A DNA stretch of 64,000 nucleotides, taken from positions 992,001 to 1,056,000 of the forward strand of contig JAYWIR010000028.1 of assembly GCA_036172245.1 (NCBI GenBank). The letters are read 5' to 3'. Of the stretch, positions 1 to 10,816 are shown piece by piece (the stretch's first letter is position 1; each line of letters starts with the position of its first letter). This DNA comes from Raillietiella orientalis. Its lineage: Eukaryota. The translations under genes and the position numbers were made by a program. Under the pieces are notes generated by a model. That model made no database searches, was not told where the DNA came from, and saw only the letters and a program-made list of their open reading frames with translations.

Positions 1-3000
1 CGAGGCTGCGGATGCCTAGCATCCGAATCAGCGCTGGACGGGAGGGGATGTGCGAGGCAGGGAGGTCGCAGAGCGGGCTCCGCCTTCCCGCCCCTTTAGG
101 AAGGGTGGGCGCGGTTTCCGGTGACAACGGAGCGCACCGTGCGGATTTTTTCGTGGGTTTGCCTTTTGACGCTGCTGATCGTGGGGAATGGGGCTCTCTT
201 TCACCTCCTCCTGTTTTTCCCGCAAAGCAACAGCGCATCTTTTCCCTCCCTACGTTCAGTAGGTGCCTCGTGCCGCGGATTGTAGGGGGGGCTTGACACC
301 CTTTCGGGAAGGAGGAGGAGCTTCGCTCCCACCTGTTTCACTTTTGCCTGAGCACCGTGGAGACTGCCCCGTAGTACAGGACCTCCTCCTCTCTCTCCAG
401 AAGGACTAGGGTGGGACCGAGAAGGCGCGTGTCCGGAGAGGACGACGACGACGACCGCGTGGCTTTCTCTCACTCCCGGTTATTACCGGAAGGCATCCTT
501 TCGCGTTTCGACGCTGATGGGAGGGGCCCCACAGCTCCGGGACTTCCGCCTTCAAGCCCGAGCCGCCGCTTTGCGGCATCTTCCCACGCGCGTTTGGCGA
601 GCAAAGCGGGAGGGGAGCGCGGTTTAGCCCCTCCTTTTCCCTCCCTTTCCGGCTCTGTTGAAAGGAAGGAGGCTTCCCTGGGACAGAGGGGGGGACAATC
701 ATGAGGCTCCTTCTGTAGATTCACGCTGCTGCCGCCGCTCCTGAAGTCGGCTAGCGAAGAGTTCTCGGGAGAAAATGGACGGCATTGGGGGATACGTCCT
801 TTCCTTCCCCGGATCTCCCTTCTCCACTCTCCTCCTTGGTCCCGGTTTGGGCATCAGTAACTTGTGCTCTCCATTTTTGAACGAATATAGGGGGAAGGGG
901 TCACCGAGGAGCGGGGTGGGGGTTCGAGGAACCCAGGGATTCGCTAGGACGGGAGGTGAAGAACTGAGGGACGAGGGTGCCCCAGTATTGACCGAGAGTG
1001 GAGTGACCTCCAGGAGCGGGCATGGTCGACAAATACTGAAGGACCCCTTTCTTCCTCCCCCCCCCCCCTACTTCTCTGCCCGCGCGTCTCCTCTAACGTT
1101 TTCGGCGGTGCGTCTTGGCGCTCCGGTCGAAGTCGCCCGATAACGGAACGGGAGGGGGCAGGGGAGCGCGCAGCCAGGGAGTAAGAAGGAGAGAGATGGC
1201 GTGCGCCCGGCCGGGTGTGAGCGCGCGCGGCACCATCCCTCGGGGGGGGGGGATCAGCAGACCACCCGTTCTCCCCTCTCCCGCCCCGTTCCCCTTACTA
1301 TCCCAGCGCGCCAGACCAGAAGTCGCTTCCGTGCGGGTTTCCGCATCCGGGTATTGTCTTCCTCCTCATGCACAGCACTCGCGAGAGCGAGTGGCGGAAC
1401 CAGCAGATGCACTTCCTGTCTTCCCGAAGGCGTCTTCCAGGTTCCCTCGTTGCGCATTCCCTCTCCCTCTCCCAACCCTTTTTCCAGGTCCCGGATGTGC
1501 TTCCTCGGGAGCTTCTTTCTTGATGTTACGCTCGTCGCATACGGGGGGGGGCGCCTGTGCGCCCGCTGGAACTCTCGGGAGGACTGCTGCCGCCGTCACA
1601 GCTCTTGAGCACCCCTGCACCGCGATCCTGTGGGATTCTTGAATCCTGTTCTCTGCCCCTCCCGCATGAACGGGGAACCGAAACAAGTCTGTGGACAGTC
1701 AGCGGCGGATCCTTGCTGGTGCCGGGGAGCAAAAGAGGGGTCGGCAGCGCATCCCTCAGGGTCGGCTGGGAGCTGCGTCGTCGAGGGAATCCCAGCCGCA
1801 GGTCGTGGGGACGTTTCCTGTCCCGTGGTGACGTGACGGTTCGAGGCTGGGAGCATACCGTTACCGCTTGTCGGGTTCGGCGCGGAAGCCCTCCTCCCCC
1901 CTTCCGGCTGGACCGCGCGCGATCAGCGCCGTCGGAGCTTCAAGATCGCGGGGAGTGCACGGGGAAAAAGGCGGCTCGCGGGTGGGCGAAGCTCGGGGTA
2001 AACCCCGTGCTGGTGGTTTGTGGGATGACGCGTGGCTGATGCGCAGCAGGTCCAGGAGCAACTCCATCTCTCGGAGAGCTTCGTCGCGATTTTCAGAATC
2101 ATCCCCGTTTCCGAGTTCCCAAGGCTCGCACCCCGCCGCTCAGCATCTTCGGAGAGCAGAAAGTCCTCTTCTTCTCAGAAAGATGGTGTGCTGCAGCCCT
2201 CCTGCTTCTCTCCCTCGTGGTCACGGCGAGGAAAACCTTTCTCCTGACACTTCCTTGCATCCCCCACGAGCGCTTCCAGAGTTCCTGGATGACACCCCTT
2301 CCTCCCCATGCGTTCGGGAGTTTCGGGTTTACCTGAATCTCTGCTCATCCGTCTTCGACGCACACTTTGTGGGGTCTCACCCGCCGCGTGGGTGCGTTAG
2401 GAGCAACCGCGCCACGTCCCAAAGGAAACGCCTCTTGGAAGCCTCTTGTAATGAGAAGCGCAGCACCCGTTCGCGGCTTCTCATCTGTCTCTCCGCCTCC
2501 CAGGGTTTGCGGATTTGGGGAAGCGGGAGCGGCTGTCGTGACCCACAGCATCGCTTCGTATCAGAGTCATGAGAAGACCTGCTCCCACCTCTCCGATTTC
2601 GAGAGCATCTCCGGAAGGGCAGCTGCCCCCGGACTCAAGGTCGGCAGCCTCCCACGGCGTGGAGGAAACAGGCAAGCAGCCCGTGCGTTCTGGATGTGCC
2701 CACCCGTGACCAAACACGGTCGGGGCATTTGCAAGACACCTTGGAAACGGCTGAGTGCAGACCCACAGTTTCTGGTCTCCAGAAGCAAGCCGGAGACCTT
2801 CAGGCCGCCTGCACTACGCCAGCAACCACAGGCAAGGCGAGCCTCCTCTCCCCCCTGCCAACGGCTAAGATTCCTTCGATGCCGAGCGGGAAGATCGATG
2901 GGCGGGCGACCGCAGAGGCGCGCCCGCCCGACAAAGCGCGTCACCTCCACAAGAAGCCTCGAGGGAGCAAAACACAGATTTTGCCTTCAGCTTTGGGGTG

Positions 3001-3053
3001 CGAAGAGTCGCTCCGAAAGCCCAGGAAGTGTATAACTGGTGGTGCTTCGGCAC

Positions 3054-3617
3054 GCAGAGCAGATGCGCAGCCGGCAAAGGAACCGCGCGCACCACGGGAA
3101 GGGGACATGTGGGTGAACGAGTCGCAGAACGCGTTCACTCACGTGATCTTCATTTGCCGAAGGCAGACGCCTGTCGCTCTGCTCCGCTCTTGCACTTGGA
3201 AGAGGAAGCAGCGTCTCTTCATCTTTACAGCGGTGTCTTGCCGGAGGAGACCTTGGTTGCTGGAGGGGTCGTCGCTTCAAGTTACCGTTTGGGATCCGCT
3301 CTTGTAGAGCAGCATCCATCGAGGCACACCACACCACGTTCCTCCCCGTCCGCTCACCGTCCCATGGCTGCCACGGCATCGGTTCGTTTTCAGGGAGACT
3401 CGGAATTTTCAAGAGGGGTCGCTCGGAATCGCGGTGACTGCGTTCGGACACGCTGCCTCCGTCCTGGCTCCTCCCCTGCGCGACGTCCTCCCTTTCGCGC
3501 TGAACCCACCGCCTTTTTCCAGCCTGGATGGGGACCTCGGGTTCTGCCACCCGTTCAGCTGCGTGTCCCCTTTCCGTGGTGCACACGGTTCCCTCGCCTG
3601 CCGCGCGTGTGCTCTGC
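3054..3617. repeat. Inverted repeat pair (77-bp arms 3054-3130 and 3541-3617, 410-bp spacer); old foldback/MITE-like remnant
   Basis: Ungapped hand alignment of arm 1 with the reverse complement of arm 2 gives 62/77 identities, e.g. GGAACCGcGcGCACCACGGgAAGGGGACA vs GGAACCGtGtGCACCACGGaAAGGGGACA. Confidence 0.85.
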
Positions 3618-5392
3618 ACCCTCGTCTTCCCGACGGCGCGCGCCTTGCGCGCACCGGCAGGGCGGACGGACGAACGACCTCGCAGCGTCCGACCTATTCA
3701 CGGAGCGCCTTCTGCGAACGCAGGAAGCCGGCGGCTCCAGCATCGTCCCAGCTTGGCCGGGCATCCTCTTTCTCCATCGCCTCTCACCTGCGAGCCCGCT
3801 TCTGCGCCTGCGCCGACTGGGGAACTCACGTCGGAAATCCAGGGACGCGCTTCTCGTTGCCTGCGCCTTCCGAGAGGGGTTCGGATAGGTATTCCGGGTC
3901 TCTCTTTCTCTCATGATTCCTTCCTCTCCCCTTCCCCTCTCTCTGTTCCCGAGTTCCGTGTGTGTGTGTATGTGTGTGTTTTTGAAATCTCCCGTCGTTG
4001 AAACCCGGAATCGACGGAGATGCGCTTTTGCACCTCCCTCTCCCTCCTTGCGCGCGCCTCATCTCATCGCATCCAATTTCGCGCCTCATTCAAAAAGTCT
4101 TTCCTCCTCCTCTTTTATTTTCTTCTTTCGCTCTCCTCTTTTCCCATCCGGTTCATTTGCCTCTCCACCTCCGCTCTCAAATTGAAAGGAAGATCAAATT
4201 ACGAATCGGCGGGAGCTCCTGGGCTCCTCCGATTGATGCGAGGTCTCAGAATCCGATCACACGACGCCAGCTTCTTGCTTCTCTCCCTCTGTACCCTCTC
4301 TCCGACGGCATCCTTTCCCTCCATCTCTTCCTCCTTTCAGCCCGCCTCTCCTCTTTGTTGACCCGCGGGCGGAAGCGTTCCTGGTCGCTCTCGTGGCCGG
4401 CGTCCCTCCCGAACGGTGGTGCCTTCAACGGACCCTCTGAGTGATGGTTTCCTCGAGACTTGGCGGTTGGGGCGGACGGAGGAAGCGTCGATAGTCATCT
4501 CTGGCGTTCGCGGAGAGAGTTGTCGGGAGGGCTGCAAGCCGACGACGTCTACAGGGAAAGGGAAGGACTCGTCCCCGAAGCGCCACCCCTGCCCTTGCGA
4601 GCCCATTCGGCAAGGTATGGGCGTCTCATCCTTCCACCCTTTTTGCGCGCTCGCCCGTTTGTTGATGATGGCCTTTTGGCCTTCGTTCCTTGAGGGAGCT
4701 CCACGAGGTCGCCGCATTCGCAGTGGTTTTAGCAAAGGCATCTGTATGTCGAAAGCTAGTCTGGCAACACTGGAGGTCCTTGCGTCGAGGCTCCCGGCAC
4801 TCCAGAGTTGCGGGCAACGCACAGCACGTGTCAAAAGGGACAGGTTTACCCCATCCTTTTAGATGGGTTCCTCCCTTCGCCTCCTCCAAATAGGTGCATT
4901 CGAAGACCGGACCTCCCCACTCCTCGTCACCTGATTCGCGCCTATTAAGAATTTGGACAGTTCGACTGGGGTGGGACCTTTCGCCCTGGCGAGCAAAAGA
5001 CTTTCTGGGCGGGACGTGTGAAGCGAGGCAAACGGAGTCCTCTGTTTCCCAGCCGGCACCACCGCTGCCGCCACGACATGGGAGCCAGATCGGCAATGGC
5101 GCCGCCGAGCAGTCGGTTGCCAAGGGCGTCTCCGCCGACGGTGAAAAGGTGGGATGGGGAAAGATGAGGGAACGAGAAAACAGGAAGAGATGAAACTCTC
5201 AGCCGATAGCTCCCTCTGAACACCTCGTTCTCTCCCGGAAACGTTGGAAAGGCATTTCTGGTGCCGACTGCCAGTTGGGTCGCGCGCGTGCGCGTGAGAG
5301 CCCCTCCCCTTCTTCCCCCTCCCTCCTCATTCCTGGCTTCTCCGAAGCTCCACGCAAGTTATCTCACGTGTCTTTTTTTTCCCCTGTTCCAG

Positions 5393-5464
5393 AGACCTGC
5401 AGGCGAACAACCTGACCACCATCGCATTTTCGGACTTCCGAGGACTGAAGAAGCTGAAAATCCT
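5393..5464 (+). CDS. slit: Slit D1 LRR exon (first LRR): (L)DLQANNLTTIAFSDFRGLKKLKI(L)
   Basis: Acceptor tcttttttttcccctgttccAG (AG 5391-5392) and donor GTGAGT at 5465. Exon is exactly 72 nt, phase 2-2, with an LxLxxNxL LRR pattern closely resembling the first LRR of Slit proteins (LDLQGNNIT...DF). Confidence 0.95.
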
Positions 5465-6941
5465 GTGAGTTGCTGATGCTGTCCCCCATAACTCCTTGGC
5501 TCCCTCTTTCGCCGCGTCGTCGTCGACAGCGTGGCTCCTACCGCCGCTTTGCTCCGAAAATTTCCGGTCTCTTTCGCGGTCCCGGCAGTTCACCGTGGCG
5601 ACCATCTCCGCCGCAATGCTTTCGACCTCCCCTGGGGCAGGATTTTTGTGCCTCCGGACGCCAGAGGACGATGCGGCCACAGTCCTCCTCGAAGGAAATG
5701 ACTTTTCCTGCCTGGGAAAAGCCTCCTCTCTGGAGCGAGGCCCTCAGCCTCCCCCGGTCCAGGGACGCGCCAAACACGCGTCCTATGGGCTTCTCAGGGA
5801 GTGTCCCCATAGCACCGATCCCCGGAAACCCATCCCAGCGGGTGGTTGGTCAGCCGTCACTTGCGATCCCGAAGGATCTCCCGTCTTGCTTTTTCCCTTT
5901 TTCTCCTGCGCTCCTTTCTGTATTAGGAGGAGGAGGGTAGAAGCAGGAAGAGGACGGGGAGAGTGCAAAGGAAAAGGAAGGCTGGAACGCTCGGTCATCT
6001 ATTGGGTAGGATGGGCAGTTGGAGATGTCGTCTGGAATCTCTCCCGAGGTGGTCCGTTTGCTGCCTGTGGCCTCTGTTTCGCCGCTGTCCTCATCCCCCG
6101 TCCACCTCTCTGCTTCATGCCGCCCCCTTTTCCCTCCGTTTTCCCACTCGGCCGCCCATTCCTCTCCCATCACAAGTCGCTACTTCTGCTGGATCTTGGA
6201 AATTCCTGGCAGCTTCTCGAGGTGTTGCTTGTTTTCCCCGTGGAGCGATTCTCCTGATCGTTGCCGGGGCAACCGCTCGAAGAAGGGGCCAACAAAAGCC
6301 TCGGCTGAGAATCTCCTTGTGCGATAGAGAAAAAGGGAGAGGGGAAGCGCGACTCTGGGAGAGGTCTCGTGAAGGATGGGTGATGAGGGAGGAGAAAAAG
6401 GAAGACCTCGAGCTGCTGGACGTGCGACGGAGGGAGGTTTTTCGGGACACCCCTTCTCGGAAATCAGTGCTCCCCTTTGCGCGTTCCAGACCGCCTCCGT
6501 GGAGGCGCCTCCCTAGGGAAAAAGAAGGGTGCTCAGCAACCGTTCTGTCGGCCGCAGGACCGGAGCCTCGGTGGTTGCCCGAGAAGCTGCTGCCTCGTCC
6601 ACTGTGGACGCGCTCTCACGAATGTCGGCACGCTCCCCGCAGAGGGGAGGATCGGATGCCGTTCCTCCTCAACGGCGGTCGCGGTGGCTCGCCGACGTGA
6701 GGCTGCGTGAGAGAGGGAGCGAGGATTAGAACCGGCGTCCTTTTTTTCCGTCGCCGGCAGCAAGGCCCTCCACCAGTTCCTCTGGTGCTCCCGAAAGAGC
6801 CTCGTTTTGTTTCTGCCCCTTTCCTCCGTTTCCCCTCCTCTCCTGACCGTTTTCCCACTCCGACGAGCTCGGTCGCTGCCCCTGCGCAGAACTCGGGAAG
6901 AAAGCCGCTCTCGAGAGAGGAAGAGTTCGTGTGCAAGAAAA

Positions 6942-8740
6942 TGCATACATGCGACGCGACCGAGCTGCGTCTTCCAGGAAGAGTGTCCATAGATTGCGTC
7001 GAAGATGCGTGGCACGGGGAGAAGAACTCGTGTAGGTCCTTAATCCTCGTGTCTCATCCTCTTCTCTCCGAGGCATGGCAAAAAGGCAGTGCCCAACCAA
7101 AAAGGCTGCTGGGAAGTGGGAGCTGGTGGGGACGTCAGAGAGCTCGAACCTCTTCCTGCTGTCTGTTTTTCTTCCCTCCCGAGGGTTCCAGGAATCCTCC
7201 TGCTCTTCGCACTTTGTCGCGAATGTCCTTGAGACTCCGGACTTTTCCGAAGAGGCCACGCCAGTGGTAGCAGAATCATGCCTCAAGAAGGTCACTGCAA
7301 GGACGCTCTTGACCTCATCGAGATACTGACTGCCGTTGACATTCTCCTGCGGGTAACGAGACAGCAGAAAGGGAAGACTTTGGGAAGAGAGAGTATCCAG
7401 TCCACGAGGAACTGGGTCCGTACAAAGGGCCTCAGAAATCCTCTTGCTGCGAACGCGCGAGACCGTTTTCAGAACGAAGACCCGCAGCATCCGCGCGGCT
7501 TGGGGAGCTCGTCGTTTCCCTGGAAACTCCGACGAGAAGATGGCTGCCCCTCCGGAGGAACGTCAGGTTTCGTCGAGAGAGGGCCCGTCCAAGAATCCTA
7601 AGGGCCGGTTGGTTTGCTCCTACGAGACAGGGAAGGTTCCAGTCTCCGCAGCTGTGCTTTCGTGGAGCTCCGGGATGGATTCGCACGAGGAAAGCGCGCC
7701 TGAACTTTGAGATCAGATCGGAGATGCTCACGCGGAGGGTTCAGCCCCTGGTACTCGCGCTCGTGAAGACCAACCGCCAGTCAGCGAAGATCGCTCTCCG
7801 CCTGCGTGCTCCGTCGTCCCTGCGCCCTCTCGACTCGAAGCACCGAAAAGATGGCGCCTATGCCAGTCTTCTGGAAAACACGGTGTCGACCCAGATGAGA
7901 CGAGAGCTGCCTCCGCCACCGCTGCTGCGTTGGCCATTTTCTTTTCAGTTCGGTATTCTTTCGCTCCTCTTTCGCTCATCCCAGCCCGAAGGTACCCCTC
8001 CCGAGTTGCTAGAGTTTCAATCGACAAATGTTCAGTTACCTCCGGGATTTTCAAGATTATGTAATAAGGCTTTCATCTGCTGGAGAGGGGGGGGGGGGGA
8101 GAATCTCCACAATCTCCACGTTTTTCTCATCCCCCCCCCCCCTTCGAGCGCTGCCCGATGCACAGCATCCTTGCATCGCACCGAAGTTCCAGGTTCCCGA
8201 AAATTTCAAGAAAACCCGTAGGTCGTGGGTATGCCATCCCCTTTCTGTCGTGTTGCTCATTGCATCGCAGCATCCCTTAATACCGCTTTGTTTCCTGTGA
8301 CCCAGGATCCCAAGTGTCCCGGAACGAGTGCTGTTGTCGATTCTGGGACTCCCTTAACAACCGGCAAGTGGAGCTCCATTCTCTTTTCTTCCCTTTGCCC
8401 GGACCCTCCAAGGCCACTTTTGGATCTCTCGAGGTGGCATATAAGATGACGATTCGGTCATCCTCCTGCAGCGCCATGCCGGGTCCGAGCTGGAATCGAC
8501 GCCGGGTGGGGGCGGGCTGCAGGCTGTCGCCGGTTTCCAGTTCTTCCCGAAAAGCCTTTTCGGGTGGGCGTTGCCTTTTTGCCGTTCCTCGGCGGGAGAA
8601 GAGAATGAGACGCGAGGAGTCCGGACCTACGCGAGCGCTTCATCTTCCCGTGCCACGTACCTCCGATGCACCCTGTGCGTGCCCTTCCTGGGAGGCGCAG
8701 CTCGCGCTGGCAGGGAGTTCGGCCGCGTCGCACGGATGGA
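6942..8740. repeat. Inverted repeat pair (arms about 6942-7116 and 8543-8740, about 1.4 kb apart)
   Basis: Shared collinear blocks between arm 1 and the reverse complement of arm 2: GAGCTGCG, CCAGGAAG, CGTGGCACGGG, GTAGGTCC, GTCTCAT.CTCTTCTC, GGCAAAAAGGCA, AAAAGGCT. Also visible as similar peptides in ORFs 6726..7490(-) and 8571..9074(+). Confidence 0.85.
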
Positions 8741-10744
8741 CCGGCAGTCGCCGAACCCTCGCGCGCTCGCCGCTGAAGAGGAAGTGGCGCGGCGCTGCCT
8801 TCCCTTGGTCGGGGAGTTCCCTCTTCCTAAAGGGCCGCGCCTCTTCGCGTCGAAGGATCGGGGGCGACCTTCCTTCTCACGTTCCGCTGCAAACATCTTT
8901 TCCTCCAGGGAATTGGCTTCCGTGGCTCGCTGTTGGCCAACGTTCAGGTCACGTTCGTTCTTCCGGAGGTCACATTACAATGTAGTCGTCCGGTCCGATA
9001 ACTGGTTTCGTTGGACGCTTCACAAGAGTTTGGCACTCCTGCTCTCCGCGAAGCAGAGGAGACGACTGCGATAAGAACGTCAGGAAGATCAAAGGAGAAG
9101 TGCGCTTTCCTGCAGTTGTTGTTTTTCCGAGAAAGGTTGCAGCGAGCGCGCAGGAATGGAAAGAAATGGTAAAGGAGGCAGCAGTCGGAAGGACAGCAGC
9201 GGCTCAACAGGTGGGCGTTTGCCTGCTGCAGTCTGGGGCTGCCAGCAGGGTGAAATCCGTGCGGGAACAGGGAGAGATCAGGAGAGATTGCAATTTCGCG
9301 AGAGCAGTGCCTCCTTGCCGACCCTCCACGCTTTGTTAACATTGGCTCCTCGCTCATTATTTCCCACTTCAAGTGCTGTAGAAGGGAAAAGGAGAAGGCC
9401 AAAACGCCAAATGGATGCGAGTGGATTATCCGAGGCGGATAGAGGAAGCGTGTTGGAGCCTACGGGATGGATAAAGGAACGAGAAATTTCCCCACCGGAG
9501 TCGCTGGGAGACGAGACTTCAAGCGGCTGGAAAATCTGGACGTGAGGAGGAGAGCGGGGAAGTCTGCCAGGTCCGTTGAAAGGGAAATTCTAAAAGCTAG
9601 CTGGAGGCGTAGTCTATTTCGGGACGTGCGCGCACTCGTGTAATTAGTGAGTGGCCCACTCCAAATTACCTCGTTAGATCGAAGATACACGCGAAATGGG
9701 GAGATTTTCTGATGAGAAACGATCGAAAATTGAAAATGGGAAATTCCGCAGCTCTCGGGATGCGATCTCGAACTTTAATTTGCCGTTGTTTTCATGCGAC
9801 CGTCCTGACCTCTAACGGAATCCCATGATGTGTGCTGGTAGCCAGCGTTTCTGCACAGCACCGGGACAAATTCCCTGTGCGGGGCAGCCCCTACTCCACG
9901 TGGACAAAAAGCAGGAGGGTCTTCAGCTCCTCCGAGATTTTCATCTTCGTGCGAAAGGAGCGGCTAGTGGCTTGACACGTGTGCACATCCCTTTGGAGGA
10001 AGCATCCCTTTTGGAGGTTTCCTCGCGACTGGAGGTGTCTTCGTGGCACGCTTCCACAAGGCCCTCCGAAATTGCTTTTCCAAGGCTCCCGCGTTCAGAG
10101 GTGGCAGAGGTGGCACGGCTCAAGGACATCTCGGGAAATGTAAGAACCATTTAAAGGTTGTTTCGTGCCTACTGGTGTCGCTGATTTATGTCTCCGTGTT
10201 GCTTTCCAGTAAGTGCAGCAACAACAACGGTGGTCGTGATGATAATAAACGTCTGTCTGCGCTCGTAACCAAAAGCGCGTAAAAATCTTCTCGAGAGTAG
10301 GAAGAGGCTGGCGAGGAAGCCCGATTGGAGCCGAGTTGATGGGAGCGCGTTCGGCGCGGGAAGAGGGAAGGGACTGTCGAGGGACCACGGCTGGACCGGG
10401 GAAGGGAATCCGAAGTGGAAAAGAAGAGGAAAAGTTTCGGGGAGCGTCGAGAACGAATTTCACGAAGGGCGCAGACGGTGGAGAGACTGCTTCTGCCCAC
10501 GGGGAGTGCTTTCCAAGGATGGGTGTTCTCTCCCCTTTGGTCGTCGACCCTTTTGTCTTCTTAGAGGCTCCAGTTTCACACGTTGCGTGTCTTTCTTCTT
10601 CTTCTTCTTGTCATGTGGCCTAAAAGGAAATGACGCAAAGCAGCTGTCGAAAATTTCGCGAGTCGGCGCACCCGCGCTTTTTCCTGCTTTGCCTCCCTTT
10701 GCGCTGATTTTGTGATGTTGCACTGATTTTTGTATCACTTCCAG

Positions 10745-10816
10745 GCAGCTGATGGACAACCAGATCCACACGATAGAAAAGGGTGCATTCGCCGACCTCT
10801 CTTCTATAGAAAGATT
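10745..10816 (+). CDS. slit: Slit D1 LRR exon (second LRR): (L)QLMDNQIHTIEKGAFADLSSIER(L)
   Basis: Acceptor ctgatttttgtatcacttccAG (AG 10743-10744), donor GTGAGT at 10817, 72 nt, in frame with the previous exon. QLxDNQIHTIExxxFxDLxSxERL is characteristic of Slit D1. Confidence 0.96.

Noticed and set aside
9709..9750. Hammerhead ribozyme core CTGATGAG...CGAAA
   Set aside because: Stem I cannot be formed with the flanking sequence. The - strand CTGATGA near 63790 also fails (no stem II, no valid cleavage triplet).
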